Source of the DNA: an uncultured Actinomycetota bacterium | GTDB taxonomy: Bacteria; Actinomycetota; Actinomycetes; Actinomycetales; Cellulomonadaceae | Direction: 5' to 3' | Length of the DNA: 64,000 nucleotides | Assembly: GCA_963703555.1 (NCBI GenBank) | Contig: CAVPEV010000046.1 | Location: forward strand, 11,529-75,528 | In this document: piece by piece, positions 9,686 to 21,629 of the stretch | Layout of the letters: the number at the start of each line of letters is the position of its first letter | Position numbering within the stretch: position 1 is the first letter of the stretch | Position numbers and translations under genes: made by a program | The notes under the pieces: model-generated | Databases searched by the model: none | Seen by the model: the letters and a program-made list of their open reading frames with translations, nothing else | Told to the model about the DNA's origin: nothing

Positions 9686-10387
9686 TCAGGGCAGCGGCAG
9701 GAGCACGACGGGTACCGTGCCGAGCAGGGTCATCGGGTCCAGGTAGACGTCGCCGCGCCGTACGCCCCAGTGCAGACAGGTGGCCGGCGAGCAGTGACTT
9801 TCGCCGGCCTCGAGCGTGGCCACGGACGCACCGCCGAGCACGGGGGTGCCCGTGGCGACGGTGGCCGTGACGGGCTCGAGGCTGGTGCGCAGTCCCCCGG
9901 CGTGCAGGATCGTCACGACGCCGCGACCGGCGACCTGGCCGGCGAACGTGACCACCCCGGGGGCGGGGGCGGACACGACCGTGGCGGTGGTGCGCAGGTC
10001 GACGCCCCGATGCCCCGCCGCCCAGGGCTGAGGCGGCGGCTGGAAGCCCCGCACCAGCGCGCCGTCCACCGGGAGCCGCCAGGGGACGGTTCCCGGGGTG
10101 ACGATCCGGCCCTGGTGGGGTGTGCTCCCGCGCTGCGCACCGTCCGATGCCGGCACGCCGTCGTCGGACGGGGGGGCCGGGTCGCGGTGGGGTCGTGGCG
10201 CGTTCCGGGGCAGCTGGTCCCAGCCTGTGGCCGCCGGGACCCAGCTGGATGCCACGGCGGTACCGGCACCGGCACCGGCACCGGCGACCTCAGTGGGGGC
10301 CGGGGTGCCGGTCGCCTGGGCCCCCGCCACGGCGACGAGGGAGGTGGCGCCGGCGAGCAGGAAGGTGGCCGCAGCGTGGCGGGGCAT
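9686..10387 (-). CDS. Secreted M23-family metallopeptidase
   Basis: C-terminal LytM-type blocks [78 protein letters not shown] looks like a signal peptide. An alternative upstream ATG at 10450 would add 21 aa. Confidence 0.85.
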   Translation of the reverse strand: MPRHAAATFLLAGATSLVAVAGAQATGTPAPTEVAGAGAGAGTAVASSWVPAATGWDQLPRNAPRPHRDPAPPSDDGVPASDGAQRGSTPHQGRIVTPGTVPWRLPVDGALVRGFQPPPQPWAAGHRGVDLRTTATVVSAPAPGVVTFAGQVAGRGVVTILHAGGLRTSLEPVTATVATGTPVLGGASVATLEAGESHCSPATCLHWGVRRGDVYLDPMTLLGTVPVVLLPLP

Positions 10388-10393
10388 CAGGAC

Positions 10394-10441
10394 CGGTCGC
10401 CGGGCGGAGGACAGCACCGGTCGCCGGGCGGAGGACAGCAC
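10394..10441. repeat. Perfect 24-bp tandem duplication (2 copies)
   Basis: cggtcgccgggcggaggacagcac occurs at 10394-10417 and again at 10418-10441. On the minus strand it encodes VLSSARRP twice if translation starts at 10450. Confidence 0.9.
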
Positions 10442-10805
10442 CTGTCGCATGACAGGAGCCTGTGGCGTGGCCCGGGCAGCGGGGTCACCAGGCGGCGCGG
10501 AGCGCGAGTGCTGGGTTGCCGAGCGGGTCTGGGGGTGCCGCGCTCGCGGTGGCGTGCCGTCCCGAGGCTCGAGGTCCGCTAGACTCCCGGACGCGACCGG
10601 TGCCTGCCGGTCGACATCGCGCGCTCCCGCTGCGACCCCTCCTGGGCTGCAGGGGACCGTCCGCCTCGGTCCGGGGCTCGTCCCCGGCGGGAACGGTCCC
10701 GAGCGCCAGGGGTGCCGCCTGCGGACGGTACCGACAACCGAACGCGGGTTGCTCGCCGGCCCGCCTGATGCGCACGCCCTCGGGCGCGCGCCGGAAGGAC
10801 GTGCC

Positions 10806-11873
10806 ATGGCCGTCGTCACGATGCGCCAGCTCCTGGAGAGCGGCGTGCACTTCGGGCACCAGACCCGCCGGTGGAACCCCAAGGTCAAGCGCTTCGTCTT
10901 CACCGAGCGCAACGGCATCTACATCATCGACCTGCAGCAGACGCTGACCTACATCGATCGCGCGTACGAGTTCGTCAAGGAGACCGTCGCCCACGGTGGC
11001 ACGGTGCTCTTCGTCGGCACGAAGAAGCAGGCTCAGGAGGCGGTCGCCGAGCAGGCGGCGCGAGTCGGGATGCCCTATGTCAACCAGCGCTGGCTCGGCG
11101 GCATGCTCACCAACTTCACCACGGTGCACAAGCGCCTGCAGCGCCTCAAGGAGCTGGAGACGGTCGACTTCGACGACGTCGCGGCGTCCGGCCGGACCAA
11201 GAAGGAGCTGCTCGTCCTGCGGCGCGAGAAGGACAAGCTTGCCAAGACGCTCGGCGGCATCCGCGACATGACCAAGGTGCCCTCCGCGGTGTGGCTGGTC
11301 GACACGAACAAGGAGCACCTCGCGGTCGATGAGGCGCGCAAGCTCGGCATCCCGGTGGTGGCGGTCCTCGACACCAACTGCGACCCGGACCTCATCGACT
11401 ACCCGATCCCGGGCAACGACGACGCGATCCGCGCCGTTCAGCTGCTGACCCGCGTGGTCGCCGACGCGGTGGCTGACGGCGTGTTGCAGCGGCAGGCCGC
11501 TCGCACCGGTGCCGAGCCGGGTGGGGAGGCGGAGCCGCTCGCCGAGTGGGAGCGCGAGCTGCTCGCCGGTGCGGAACAGGCCACGGCCGAGGACGCGACG
11601 CCACAGGCGCCGGGTGCCGCGGCGACTGATCCCGCTGCGGTGTCGCCCGCGGCCGCTGCCGCCGAAGACGCCGAGGCGTCGGGCGATGAGCCCGGTCCTG
11701 CTGAGGATGCCGTGGCGCCGGGTGCCGAGGTGGCCCCTGCCGTCGACACCGTCCCGGTCGCCGAGCCTGCCGAGACCGCTCCGGCTGAGGACACCGTCCC
11801 GGTCGCCGAGCCCGCTCCGGCTGCCGACGGCGCTCCGGCCGACAGTGTCGACGCCGAGCCCGGTCTGCACTGA
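10806..11873 (+). CDS. rpsB: 30S ribosomal protein S2 with long Ala/Glu/Pro-rich C-terminal tail
   Basis: [69 protein letters not shown]. Confidence 0.96.
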   Translation: MAVVTMRQLLESGVHFGHQTRRWNPKVKRFVFTERNGIYIIDLQQTLTYIDRAYEFVKETVAHGGTVLFVGTKKQAQEAVAEQAARVGMPYVNQRWLGGMLTNFTTVHKRLQRLKELETVDFDDVAASGRTKKELLVLRREKDKLAKTLGGIRDMTKVPSAVWLVDTNKEHLAVDEARKLGIPVVAVLDTNCDPDLIDYPIPGNDDAIRAVQLLTRVVADAVADGVLQRQAARTGAEPGGEAEPLAEWERELLAGAEQATAEDATPQAPGAAATDPAAVSPAAAAAEDAEASGDEPGPAEDAVAPGAEVAPAVDTVPVAEPAETAPAEDTVPVAEPAPAADGAPADSVDAEPGLH

Positions 11874-11917
11874 CACCGCACCCATACCCCACGAACCGAG
11901 AAGGACAGGAACCACCG

Positions 11918-12763
11918 ATGGCGAACAGCAGCCTCGAGGGCATCAAGACCCTCCGGGAGCGCACGGGTGCCGGCATGCTCGACGTGAAGAAGGCGCTCGA
12001 GGAGGCCGGCGGGGACCTCGAGAAGGCCGTGGAGATCATCCGCGTCAGGGGCCTCAAGGGCGTCAGCAAGCGGGAGGGTCGGTCGGCCTCCGACGGCCTG
12101 GTCGCGGCGCAGGTCGTACCGGCCCAGGACGGCTCCGACCAGGTCGGGGTCATGGTCGAGGTGAACTCCGAGACCGACTTCGTGGCCAAGAGCGCCGCCT
12201 TCGTCGAGCTGGCCGAGACCGTGCTGCAGGCGGCGGTGGCCTCCGGCGTGCAGGACGTGGACACGCTGCTGGCCGCCGATGTCGACGACCGTCCGCTCGC
12301 GGACGTCGTGACGCAGGCTGCCGCGACCCTCGGCGAGAAGATCGTCGTGCGGCGGCTCGGACGGGTCGCCGGCGAGCACGTCGAGCTGTACCTGCACAAG
12401 GTCAACAAGGACCTGCCGCCCCAGGTGGGCGTGCTGGTCGCCACCGACGCCGCCGGTGCGGCGGTGGCGCGGGACATCGCCACGCACGTGGCGGCGTTCG
12501 CTCCCACCTACCTCGACCGTGCGGCGGTGCCGGAGACCACGGTCGCCGACGAGCGACGGATCGCGGAGGAGACGGCTCGCAACGAGGGCAAGCCGGAGGC
12601 GGCGATCGGCAAGATCGTCGAGGGCCGTCTGCAGGGCTTCTTCAAGGAGAACGTCCTGCTGGACCAGGCCTTCGCGAAGGACCCGAAGAAGTCCGTGGCC
12701 CAGGTGCTCGGTGAGGTCGGGGGCACCGTGACCGACTTCCTGAGGTACCGCGTCGGCGCCTGA
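11918..12763 (+). CDS. tsf: Elongation factor Ts
   Basis: [48 protein letters not shown]. Follows rpsB. Confidence 0.96.
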   Translation: MANSSLEGIKTLRERTGAGMLDVKKALEEAGGDLEKAVEIIRVRGLKGVSKREGRSASDGLVAAQVVPAQDGSDQVGVMVEVNSETDFVAKSAAFVELAETVLQAAVASGVQDVDTLLAADVDDRPLADVVTQAAATLGEKIVVRRLGRVAGEHVELYLHKVNKDLPPQVGVLVATDAAGAAVARDIATHVAAFAPTYLDRAAVPETTVADERRIAEETARNEGKPEAAIGKIVEGRLQGFFKENVLLDQAFAKDPKKSVAQVLGEVGGTVTDFLRYRVGA

Positions 12764-12813
12764 CCGGACCACCCCGAGCACGCCCGCCCGCGCCGAGCAG
12801 GAGGAGATCCCTG

Positions 12814-13551
12814 GTGAGCGACCGCGACCTGGCCCCGACGTCCCCGGCTCGCCGGGTCCTGCTCAAGCTGTCCGGTCAGACGTTCGGCGGCGGTTCCGTG
12901 GGGCTGGCGGTGGACGTCGTCCAGCGCGTGGCGGCGGAGATCGCCGCGGCGGTACGCGAGGGTGTGCAGGTGGCGATCGTCGTCGGCGGCGGGAACTACT
13001 TCCGGGGTGCGGAGCTGTCCCACAGCGGGCTGGACCGGGCGCGAGCCGACTACATGGGCATGCTCGGGACGGTGATGAACTGCCTGGCGCTGCAGGACTT
13101 CCTGGAGCAGGCGGGCGTGCACACCCGGGTGCAGACGGCCATCGCGATGGGCCAGGTCGCCGAGCCCTACATCCCGTTGCGGGCGATCCGGCACCTGGAG
13201 AAGGGTCGTGTGGTCATCTTCGGTGCCGGGGCCGGGATGCCGTACTTCTCCACCGACACGGTCGCGGTGCAGCGGGCGCTGGAGACCCACTGTCAGGAGG
13301 TGCTGATGGGCAAGAACGGCGTGGACGGCATCTACTCGGCGGATCCGCGCGTCGACCCGGGGGCTGTCCGCCTGGACCACCTGACGTTCACCGACGCCAT
13401 CGTCAAGGACCTCGGGGTGATGGACGCCGCGGCCCTGAGCCTGTGCCGTGACAACCACGTGCGCATGCGGGTGTTCGGGCTCGAGGAGCCGGGGAACGTC
13501 ACGCGTGCGCTGCGGGGTGAGAAGATCGGCACGCTGGTCACCGCCGAGTGA
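12814..13551 (+). CDS. pyrH: UMP kinase
   Basis: Motifs [60 protein letters not shown]. Confidence 0.95.
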   Translation: MSDRDLAPTSPARRVLLKLSGQTFGGGSVGLAVDVVQRVAAEIAAAVREGVQVAIVVGGGNYFRGAELSHSGLDRARADYMGMLGTVMNCLALQDFLEQAGVHTRVQTAIAMGQVAEPYIPLRAIRHLEKGRVVIFGAGAGMPYFSTDTVAVQRALETHCQEVLMGKNGVDGIYSADPRVDPGAVRLDHLTFTDAIVKDLGVMDAAALSLCRDNHVRMRVFGLEEPGNVTRALRGEKIGTLVTAE

Positions 13552-13642
13552 GCCGACCGACGGCAGCCGGTCGGTGGCCGGGACCGCCGTGCCGCTCGGC
13601 TCACGCTGGCCAGCTGCGAACCGCCCGACGAAGGAGCACCCC

Positions 13643-14200
13643 GTGATCGACGACATCCTCCTCGAGGCCGAGGAGAAGATGGACAAGGCCGTCGAGGTCA
13701 CCAAGGAGGACTTCGCGGCCATCCGCACCGGCAGGGCCAACGCGGCCATGTTCGCCAAGGTCCTGGTGGACTACTACGGCGCGCCGACGCCCCTGCAACA
13801 ACTGGCGTCGTTCACGGTGGTCGAGGCCCGCACCGTGCTCATCTCTCCGTACGACAAGTCCTCGATGGCAGCGGTCGAGCGCGCGCTGCGAGACTCCGAC
13901 CTCGGCGTCAACCCGGGCAACGACGGCAGCGTCATCCGGGTGGTGCTGCCGGCCCTCACCGAGGAGCGGCGCCGCGACTACGTGAGGCTCACCCGGGCCA
14001 AGGCCGAGGACGGCCGGGTATCGGTGCGCAGCGTACGGCGGCGCGCCAAGGAGGAGCTGGACCGCATCGCCCGGGACGGCGAGGCCGGCGAGGACGAGGT
14101 GGCGCGGGCCGAGAAGGAGCTCGAGGCGCTCACCCGCAAGCGCGTCGAGCTCGTCGACCACCTGCTCTCGACCAAGGAGAGCGAGCTCCTCGAGGTCTGA
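13643..14200 (+). CDS. frr: Ribosome recycling factor
   Basis: GTG 13643 within track ORF 13448..14200. EEKMDKAVEVTKEDFAAIRTGRAN..VDYYGAPTPLQQLA..PALTEERRRDYV..VRSVRRRAKEEL. Confidence 0.95.
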   Translation: MIDDILLEAEEKMDKAVEVTKEDFAAIRTGRANAAMFAKVLVDYYGAPTPLQQLASFTVVEARTVLISPYDKSSMAAVERALRDSDLGVNPGNDGSVIRVVLPALTEERRRDYVRLTRAKAEDGRVSVRSVRRRAKEELDRIARDGEAGEDEVARAEKELEALTRKRVELVDHLLSTKESELLEV

Positions 14201-15060
14201 TGCCGGACACAGCCGTCACGCGCGCCCGGCGCGCACCGCAGGCCCCCCGGGCCGGCCGTAACCTCACCGTGGCCACGGTGGTCGGCGTCGGCCTGCTCGC
14301 CGTGGTCGGCCTGGCGCTGTTCCTGCGCCGGGAGGTGTTCGTCGCGGTGACGGTGCTGGCGGTGGGGCTGGGCCTGTGGGAGCTGGCCCAGGCGGTGGCC
14401 CGGCGCGGCGTGCGCCTGCCGTTGCTGCCGCTGCTGGTCGGCGCGGCGGGCATCCTCGTGTCGGCCTACGTCGCCGGCCCCGAGGCGCTGTTCGTCGCCT
14501 TCATGCTCACGGTGGGTGGGCTGGTCATCTGGCGGCTGTTGGACGGCACCGGGGAGCCGGCGCTGCGCGACGTGACGGTCGGCGCGTTCGCCGCGGCCTA
14601 CCTGCCCTTCCTGGCGGGCTTCGTCATGCTCATGGTCGCCCGGCCCGACGGACAGGCGCGGGTCGCCCTGTTCGTGCTGCTGGTGGTCGCCAGCGACGTG
14701 GGCGGGTACGCGGTCGGCGCGCTGGTCGGGCGCCACCCGCTGGCCCGCACGGTCAGCCCGAAGAAGAGCTGGGAGGGCTTGGCCGGCTCCGTCGTGCTGA
14801 CCTGTGTGGTGGGCGTGGTGGGCATCCAGGTCGCGCTCCATGGCGAACCCCTCACGGGTGTCGTCCTCGCGCTGGCGACGGTCGCCGTGGCAACGCTGGG
14901 AGACCTGTCGGAATCACTGCTCAAACGGGACTTGGAGCTGAAGGACATGGGCACGTTGCTGCCGGGGCACGGCGGTGTCCTGGACCGTCTGGACTCCCTC
15001 GTGCTCGCGGCGCCCGTCGTCTACGTGCTGCTCGAGATCCTCCAGCCGGTGGTCGCATGA
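14200..15060 (+). CDS. cdsA: Phosphatidate cytidylyltransferase
   Basis: Multi-TM protein with the C-terminal CTP-transferase block [41 protein letters not shown]. Confidence 0.92.
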   Translation: MPDTAVTRARRAPQAPRAGRNLTVATVVGVGLLAVVGLALFLRREVFVAVTVLAVGLGLWELAQAVARRGVRLPLLPLLVGAAGILVSAYVAGPEALFVAFMLTVGGLVIWRLLDGTGEPALRDVTVGAFAAAYLPFLAGFVMLMVARPDGQARVALFVLLVVASDVGGYAVGALVGRHPLARTVSPKKSWEGLAGSVVLTCVVGVVGIQVALHGEPLTGVVLALATVAVATLGDLSESLLKRDLELKDMGTLLPGHGGVLDRLDSLVLAAPVVYVLLEILQPVVA

Positions 15061-16211
15061 GTGACGACGCGACGCGGCCCACCGGCCCGGTGCTGCTGGA
15101 CCTCGCACCGAGGACCCGGGGTGCCCGCGGCAAGCCGCCCCGCCACTTCGCCGACCTGACCGTCGACGAGCGGGGCCAGGCCATGGCCGAGCTCGGTGAG
15201 GAGCCCTGGCGAGCCCGGCAGCTCGGCGTGCACTACTTCAGCCACCTCAGCGACCTCGGCGCGGACCCGGACGCGCTGACCGACCTGCCGCGGGCCGACC
15301 GGGCGCGCCTCGTCGAGCGGTTGTTCCCGCACCTGCTGACCCCGGCCCGGACGCTCACCGCGGACGCCGGTCGGACCGTCAAGACGCTGTGGCACCTGTT
15401 CGACGGGGCGCGCGTGGAGTCGGTCGTGATGCGCTACCCGCACCGTGCCACCCTGTGCGTGTCCAGCCAGGCGGGCTGCGGCATGGCCTGCCCGTTCTGT
15501 GCCACCGGGCAGCTGGGGCTGACCCGCAACCTGTCCACCGCCGAGATCGTCGAGCAGGTGCGCGAGGCCGCGCGAGCGCTGGCCGCCGGCGAGGTCGGGG
15601 AAGGGCCGGCGCGGCTGTCGAACATCGTGTTCATGGGCATGGGGGAGCCGCTGGCCAACTACCGTGCGGTGCTGGGCGCCGTGCGCCGGATCGTCGACCC
15701 GGCGCCCGACGGCCTGGGTGTGTCGGCCCGGAACGTCACGGTGTCCACCGTCGGGCTGGTGCCGGCGATCGACCGGCTCGCCGCCGAAGGCCTGCCGGTC
15801 ACCCTCGCGGTGTCCCTGCACGCCCCCGACGACGAGCTGCGCAGCGAGATCGTGCCGGTGAACACCCGGTGGAGCGTGGACGAGGCGCTCGACGCCGCCC
15901 ACCGCTACTTCACCGCGACCGGGCGACGGGTGTCCATCGAGTACGCCCTCATCCGCGACGTCAACGACCAGGCCTGGCGGGCGGACCTGTTGGCCGAGAA
16001 GCTCCGCTCGCGCGGCACGGGCTGGGTGCACTGCAACCCCATCCCGCTCAACCCCACCCCGGGGTCGCGCTGGACGGCCAGCGACCCGGCCGTCGAGCGG
16101 GAGTTCGTCGCCCGGCTGCGCGCCCAGGCCATCCCCACGACGATCCGTGACACCCGGGGCCGGGAGATCGACGGCGCCTGCGGCCAGCTGGCAGCGGAGG
16201 AGGACGAGTGA
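15057..16211 (+). CDS. rlmN: 23S rRNA/tRNA (adenine-C2)-methyltransferase RlmN (radical SAM)
   Basis: ATG 15057 within track ORF 14376..16211. Motifs [56 protein letters not shown]. Confidence 0.93.
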   Translation: MSDDATRPTGPVLLDLAPRTRGARGKPPRHFADLTVDERGQAMAELGEEPWRARQLGVHYFSHLSDLGADPDALTDLPRADRARLVERLFPHLLTPARTLTADAGRTVKTLWHLFDGARVESVVMRYPHRATLCVSSQAGCGMACPFCATGQLGLTRNLSTAEIVEQVREAARALAAGEVGEGPARLSNIVFMGMGEPLANYRAVLGAVRRIVDPAPDGLGVSARNVTVSTVGLVPAIDRLAAEGLPVTLAVSLHAPDDELRSEIVPVNTRWSVDEALDAAHRYFTATGRRVSIEYALIRDVNDQAWRADLLAEKLRSRGTGWVHCNPIPLNPTPGSRWTASDPAVEREFVARLRAQAIPTTIRDTRGREIDGACGQLAAEEDE

Positions 16212-16762
16212 GCGCTGCGACGTTCCGGCAGGTCTCGCGCCTGCACCAGGGGTACGACCCCGAGGAGGTGGACGAGTTCTTCGCCCACGCCCGCTCGGTG
16301 TACGAGACCGGGCCGGTGTCCGCCCTCACCGGTGAGGACGTGCGCCGCACCGCGTTCGCCCTCGTCCGGGGCGGCTACGCGCCGGCCTCCGTCGACGCGG
16401 CGCTCGATCGGCTCGAGGCGGCCTTCGTTGCGCGGGCACGGGCGGAGTTCATCGCTCAGCACGGCCAGCAGGCCTGGATGGCCCGGTTGGCCGAACGGGC
16501 TCGCACCCTGTACGGGCGGTTGACGCGGCCGGACGGCCAGCGGTTCGCGCCGCCGGACGGGCGCCGGCCCGGCTATGAGCCCGCGGAGGTGGATGCGCTG
16601 TGCCGCCGCCTGGTGGCCTACTTCGACTCGGGGGCGCCGCTGACCGCTCACGAGGTCCGTTCGGTGCTCTTCGGCCGCGCGCGGGGCAGCCACGCCTACG
16701 CCGAGGGGCCGGTCGACGCCTTCCTCGACCGGGCGGTGGACGTCCTGATCGGGGCGGAGTGA
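16208..16762 (+). CDS. DivIVA-domain-containing protein
   Basis: 184 aa. N-terminus [20 protein letters not shown], with a second similar repeat ([14 protein letters not shown]). Confidence 0.7.
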   Translation: MSAATFRQVSRLHQGYDPEEVDEFFAHARSVYETGPVSALTGEDVRRTAFALVRGGYAPASVDAALDRLEAAFVARARAEFIAQHGQQAWMARLAERARTLYGRLTRPDGQRFAPPDGRRPGYEPAEVDALCRRLVAYFDSGAPLTAHEVRSVLFGRARGSHAYAEGPVDAFLDRAVDVLIGAE

Positions 16763-18018
16763 GCGGCGCGTCGCCGGCACCGCGCGGGCTGGTCGCCGGT
16801 GCGGGCACGGTACCGGCACAGTCCGCGCCGTCACCCGTCCGCAGCGTCGTGCTGCTCGGCTCGACGGGCTCCATCGGCACCCAGGCGGTCGACGTGGTGC
16901 GCCGGCATCCCGACCGTTTCCGGGTGACCGGGCTGGCGGCCGGCGGTGCCGACCCGGCCACGCTGGCTCGTCAGGCCGTGGAGCTGGACGTCGACGTCGT
17001 GGCGGTGGCGGACCCCGCCGCCGCCGAGCCGCTGCGCACCGCGCTGCGAGCGCTCGACGGTGCGCGCCGCGCCCCCGCACGCATCGAGGTGCTGGTCGGC
17101 CCGGATGCCGCCGAGCAGCTGGCCGGGGTCGGCGCGGACGTCGTGCTCAACGGCATCACCGGGGCGATCGGCCTGCGGCCGACGCTGGCGGCGCTCCGCT
17201 CGGGCTCGACGCTGGCGCTGGCCAACAAGGAGTCCCTGGTGCTGGGCGGTGCGCTGGTCGGCGCGGCGCAGGTCCGACCAGGGCAGGTGGTCCCGGTGGA
17301 CTCCGAGCACTCGGCGATCGCCCAGTGCCTGCGCGCCAGCAGCCGCTCGCAGGTGCGTCGGCTGCTGCTCACCGCCTCCGGCGGCCCGTTCCGCGGCCGC
17401 AGCCGGGCCGAGCTGGCCGATGTGACGCCGGCCCAGGCCCTCGCGCACCCGACCTGGTCGATGGGTCCGGTCGTCACCGTGAACTCCGCCACGCTGATGA
17501 ACAAGGGGTTGGAGGTCATCGAGGCCCACCTGTTGTTCGGCGTACCGGTGGACGACATCGCGGTCGTGGTCCATCCGCAGTCGGTGGTGCACTCCATGGT
17601 CGAGCTGGTCGACGGGGCGACCATCGCCCAGGTGTCGCCGCCGGACATGCGGCTGCCCATCGCGCTCGGCCTGTCCTGGCCGGACCGGCTGCCCGACGTG
17701 GCGGCTGCGTGCGACTGGTCCGGTGCCACGACCTGGACCTTCGAGCCGCTCGACGAGGAGGTGTTCCCGGCCGTGCGGCTGGCCCGCGACGCGGTCCGGG
17801 CCTCGCCGACCCATCCGGGCGTGTACAACGCGGCGAACGAGGAGTGCGTGGCGGCGTTCCTGGCGGGCCGGCTCGGTTTTCTCGGGATCGTGTCCACGGT
17901 GGAGCGCGTGCTCTCCGAGCACGACGGCATCCGGCCGGAGGACCTCACGCTGGACGGGGTGCTCGCGGCCCAGGCTTGGGCGCGCGCGCGTACCCGACAG
18001 CTGCTCGAGGCCGGCTGA
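16759..18018 (+). CDS. dxr: 1-deoxy-D-xylulose-5-phosphate reductoisomerase
   Basis: GTG 16759 within track ORF 16600..18018. Motifs [72 protein letters not shown]. Confidence 0.94.
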   Translation: MSGASPAPRGLVAGAGTVPAQSAPSPVRSVVLLGSTGSIGTQAVDVVRRHPDRFRVTGLAAGGADPATLARQAVELDVDVVAVADPAAAEPLRTALRALDGARRAPARIEVLVGPDAAEQLAGVGADVVLNGITGAIGLRPTLAALRSGSTLALANKESLVLGGALVGAAQVRPGQVVPVDSEHSAIAQCLRASSRSQVRRLLLTASGGPFRGRSRAELADVTPAQALAHPTWSMGPVVTVNSATLMNKGLEVIEAHLLFGVPVDDIAVVVHPQSVVHSMVELVDGATIAQVSPPDMRLPIALGLSWPDRLPDVAAACDWSGATTWTFEPLDEEVFPAVRLARDAVRASPTHPGVYNAANEECVAAFLAGRLGFLGIVSTVERVLSEHDGIRPEDLTLDGVLAAQAWARARTRQLLEAG

Positions 18019-18100
18019 CCGACGCACGACGTGGACCGCCCAGGTGGGCGCGCGATGATGGGCACGCGGGGACCGGCCCGCACGACCTCAGGGAGGGCGC

Positions 18101-19414
18101 ATGGCGTACCTGGTGGGTGTGCTCGTCCTGGTGCTCGGGGTGCTCGTCTCGATCGCCCTGCACGAGGTGGGGCACATGGTGCCGGCCAAGCGGTTCGGTG
18201 TGCTGGTCAGCCAGTACATGGTGGGGTTCGGACCCACGCTGTGGTCGCGTCGGCGCGGCGACACCGAGTACGGCATCAAGGCGGTGCTGCTCGGCGGCTA
18301 CGTGCGGCTCGTCGGGATGTACCCGCCCGGTTACGCGGTCGGTGAGCCGCCGGCCCGGGGGGCGCTGTCCAGGTTGGCTGCGCAGGCGCGCGCGCTGTCC
18401 GAGGACGAGATCCCACCCGGGCAGGACGGGCGCGCGTTCTACCGGCTGTCCGCACCGAAGAAGCTCGTGGTCATGCTCGGCGGTCCCGTGATGAACCTCG
18501 TCATCGCGACCGTGCTGCTCGGGGTGGTGCTGGTGGGCTTCGGCACACCCGTAACGAGCACCACGCTGGCGCAGGTCAATGCCTGTGTGCTGCCCACCGG
18601 CACGCAGCGCGAGTGCACCGCGACCGACCCGGTCGCGCCCGGAGCTGCGGCCGGGCTGCGTCCCGGCGACCGGGTGGTGCGCTACGACGGGGTGGAGGTC
18701 ACTTCCTGGGACCAGTTGTCGGGGTTGATCCGGGACTCCGGCGGACGCAGCGTGCCGGTCGTCGTCGAGCGGGACGGCAGCCGGGTGTCCACCACGGTCA
18801 CGCCGGTGAGTACCGAGCGGCCGGTCTATGCCGACGACGGCACGCCGGTCCTCGACGCCGCCGGCGGCCCGGTGCTGCGCCCGGTCGGCTTCCTCGGTGT
18901 CTCGCCGGCCTCCCAGGTGCAGCGCCAGCCGGTCGGCGCCGTTCCTGGCGCGGTCGGCTCGGCGGTGTGGCAGACCGCGGGGGCGATCGTCACCCTGCCG
19001 GCGCGGCTGACGGACGTAGCTCGGGCAGCCTTCGGGACGGGGACCCGCGACGCGACGAGCGTGGTGAGCGTCGTGGGCGTGGGCCGGTTCGCCGGCCAGA
19101 TCGCCTCGGAGCACATCGCCGGCTACGGCCTGGCTCAGCGGGTGGCAGACATGCTCGCGTTGCTCGCCTCGCTGAACATCGCGCTGTTCGTGTTCAACCT
19201 CATCCCACTGCCGCCGCTGGACGGGGGGCACGTGGCCGGCGCGCTGTGGGAGGGCGCTCGCCGCCAGGCGGCCCGGCTCCGGCGGCTGCCCCGGCCCGGG
19301 CCTGCGGACACCGCGCGCCTGGTGCCCCTGGCCAACGTCGTGTTCGTGCTGCTCCTGGCCATGGGTGGGCTGCTGATCTACGCCGACCTGGTGCGCCCGG
19401 TGACGCTGGGCTGA
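18101..19414 (+). CDS. M50-family site-2 (RIP) zinc metalloprotease with PDZ domain
   Basis: HEVGHMV zinc motif near the N-terminus. PDZ-like region [15 protein letters not shown]-terminal [12 protein letters not shown]. Confidence 0.9.
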   Translation: MAYLVGVLVLVLGVLVSIALHEVGHMVPAKRFGVLVSQYMVGFGPTLWSRRRGDTEYGIKAVLLGGYVRLVGMYPPGYAVGEPPARGALSRLAAQARALSEDEIPPGQDGRAFYRLSAPKKLVVMLGGPVMNLVIATVLLGVVLVGFGTPVTSTTLAQVNACVLPTGTQRECTATDPVAPGAAAGLRPGDRVVRYDGVEVTSWDQLSGLIRDSGGRSVPVVVERDGSRVSTTVTPVSTERPVYADDGTPVLDAAGGPVLRPVGFLGVSPASQVQRQPVGAVPGAVGSAVWQTAGAIVTLPARLTDVARAAFGTGTRDATSVVSVVGVGRFAGQIASEHIAGYGLAQRVADMLALLASLNIALFVFNLIPLPPLDGGHVAGALWEGARRQAARLRRLPRPGPADTARLVPLANVVFVLLLAMGGLLIYADLVRPVTLG

Positions 19415-19445
19415 TCCCCGGACAGCCGCGAGCGATAATGACGCG

Positions 19446-20600
19446 GTGAGTACACCGATCAGTCTTGGCATGCCTGAGGCGCCGGCTCCCGTCCTGGCTC
19501 CTCGTCGGCACTCCCGCACGATCCGGGTGGGCAAGGTGGAGGTCGGCGGCGACGCCCCGATCAGCGTCCAGTCCATGACCACCACACCGACCACGGACAT
19601 CAACGCGACACTGCAGCAGATCGCCGAGCTCACCGCCGCGGGGTGCGACATCGTGCGGGTCGCGGTGCCGAGCCAGGACGACGCCGACGCGCTGCCGATG
19701 ATCGCCCGCAAGTCGCAGATCCCGGTCATCGCCGACATCCACTTCCAGCCGAAGTACGTCTTCCAGGCCATCGACGCGGGCTGCGCGGCGGTCCGGGTCA
19801 ACCCGGGGAACATCCGTAAGTTCGACGACCAGGTCCGCCAGATCGCCCGCGCGGCCTCGGACGCCGGGGTGTCGTTGCGGATCGGGGTGAACGCCGGGTC
19901 GCTCGATCCGCGGTTGCTCGCCAAGTACGGCAAGGCGACCGCGGAGGCCCTGGTGGAGTCGGCGGTGTGGGAGGCGTCGCTGTTCGAGGAGCACGACTTC
20001 CACGACTTCAAGATCTCCGTCAAGCACCACGACCCCGTCGTGATGATCCGCGCCTACGAGATGCTCGCCGAGCGTGGCGACTGGCCGCTGCACCTGGGTG
20101 TCACCGAGGCCGGCCCGACCTTCCAGGGCACGATCAAGTCGGCGACGGCCTTCGGTGTGCTGCTGAGCGAGGGCATCGGCGACACGATCCGGGTCTCGTT
20201 GTCGGCGCCTCCCGTGGAGGAGGTCAAGGTCGGCATCCAGATCCTGCAGTCGCTCAACCTGCGTCCCCGCAAGCTGGAGATCGTGTCCTGCCCGTCCTGC
20301 GGACGGGCTCAGGTGGACGTGTACTCCCTCGCCGAGCGTGTCAGCGCCGGCCTGGAGGGCATGACGGTCCCGCTGCGGGTCGCTGTGATGGGCTGTGTCG
20401 TCAACGGGCCCGGCGAGGCCCGGGAGGCGGACCTGGGCGTGGCCTCGGGCAACGGGAAGGGACAGATCTTCGTCCACGGCGAGGTCGTGAAGTCCGTCCC
20501 GGAGTCGATGATCGTGGAGACCCTCGTCACGGAGGCTCTCCGGCTCGCCGAGACCATGGAACACACCGAGCCCGGCGGCCCGGTGGTGACCGTCGCCTGA
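19446..20600 (+). CDS. ispG: 4-hydroxy-3-methylbut-2-enyl diphosphate synthase
   Basis: Motifs [47 protein letters not shown]. Confidence 0.95.
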   Translation: MSTPISLGMPEAPAPVLAPRRHSRTIRVGKVEVGGDAPISVQSMTTTPTTDINATLQQIAELTAAGCDIVRVAVPSQDDADALPMIARKSQIPVIADIHFQPKYVFQAIDAGCAAVRVNPGNIRKFDDQVRQIARAASDAGVSLRIGVNAGSLDPRLLAKYGKATAEALVESAVWEASLFEEHDFHDFKISVKHHDPVVMIRAYEMLAERGDWPLHLGVTEAGPTFQGTIKSATAFGVLLSEGIGDTIRVSLSAPPVEEVKVGIQILQSLNLRPRKLEIVSCPSCGRAQVDVYSLAERVSAGLEGMTVPLRVAVMGCVVNGPGEAREADLGVASGNGKGQIFVHGEVVKSVPESMIVETLVTEALRLAETMEHTEPGGPVVTVA

Positions 20601-20665
20601 GCGTGCGACGCGCCCGCGGGCGGGGCGCCCTCCCGCGTCATACGGCGTGGAGCACAATCGCGCCC

Positions 20666-21535
20666 ATGACCGCCGACGGGAGCACCGGGGGCCGGGTGCT
20701 GTCCCAGCGGGACGCGGATGCCGCCCTGGCGGTGTGCGCGCGGGACCCGGTGGCGGCTGTGCTGGCCACCGCGCGGATCGAGGACCTGCGGGCGCACGGT
20801 TCCGCGGTCGCCGGCGGTCAGCTGTGGGGGTTCGTGCGGGCCGGTGCGCTGACGGCGGTGTGCTGGGCGGGTGCCAACCTCGTCCCGGTGCTGCCGGAGG
20901 CGGACGAGCAGGCGTTGGACGCCTTTGCGGCCCTGGCCCGGGCACAGGGCCGGCGGTCGTCCTCGGTCGTCGGAGCCGCCGACGCCGCCCTCGGGCTGTG
21001 GGAGCGGCTCGCCCCGCACTGGCCCCGGCCCCGGGAGATCCGCGCCGACCAGCCGTCGATGGTCATCGACCGTGCTCCCGACGTGCCGGCCGACCCCCTG
21101 GTGCGCCGCGCTCGCGCCGCGGAGTACGAGCTGGTCCTGCCGGCCTGTGTGCGGATGTTCGTCGAGGAGGTGGGCTACTCGCCCGTGACGGGGGTGCCGG
21201 GAGCCTATGAGGCGCGCGTGCGGGCACTGATCCGGGAGGGCCGGTCGTTCGTGCGGATCGACCCGGAGGACGGTCGCCGCCCCACGGTCGTGTTCAAGGC
21301 CGAGCTCGGAGCGGTGGCCGGTGGCGTGGCTCAGGTGCAGGGGGTGTGGGTCGACCCCGAGCACCGGGGCCGCCGGCTGTCGGAGGGCGGCATGGCGGCG
21401 GTCGTCGTGGCGACCCGCCGGGACGTGGCACCGGTGGTGTCGCTGTACGTGAACGGGTACAACACCCGCGCCCTGGCCGCCTACCGGGCGGTGGGCTTTC
21501 GCCAGGTGGGCACCTGGGCGACCGTGCTGTTCTGA
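20666..21535 (+). CDS. GNAT-family N-acetyltransferase (conserved neighbour of ispG)
   Basis: ATG 20666 within track ORF 19967..21535. The C-terminal acetyl-CoA-binding-like segment is [34 protein letters not shown]. Confidence 0.75.
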   Translation: MTADGSTGGRVLSQRDADAALAVCARDPVAAVLATARIEDLRAHGSAVAGGQLWGFVRAGALTAVCWAGANLVPVLPEADEQALDAFAALARAQGRRSSSVVGAADAALGLWERLAPHWPRPREIRADQPSMVIDRAPDVPADPLVRRARAAEYELVLPACVRMFVEEVGYSPVTGVPGAYEARVRALIREGRSFVRIDPEDGRRPTVVFKAELGAVAGGVAQVQGVWVDPEHRGRRLSEGGMAAVVVATRRDVAPVVSLYVNGYNTRALAAYRAVGFRQVGTWATVLF

Positions 21536-21629
21536 CCGGCTGGCCGCCCGACGCGCGGGACACGGCCGGTCGTCTGGCCCTTCACCCGCCCCGGCGGGCC
21601 GGTCATCGGGCCCCGGTACGCTCGAAGCC

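Noticed and set aside
8685-10450. The whiG-type sigma factor next to xerC and an M23 peptidase, as a possible special module.
   Set aside because: The order dprA-xerC-whiG-(secreted peptidase)-rpsB-tsf-pyrH-frr is the usual actinobacterial synteny, as seen in Streptomyces. It is an ordinary core arrangement.
10451-10560. c-di-AMP (ydaO-type) riboswitch in the M23 peptidase leader. The fragments GAGCGCGGCACCCCCA and CAACCCAGCACUCGCG are reminiscent of conserved ydaO segments.
   Set aside because: The key GGGGA..CCCA and GGGGUGAAUC blocks are not present as such. The call cannot be made without a covariance-model search, so it is kept only as a check under the intergenic-region finding.
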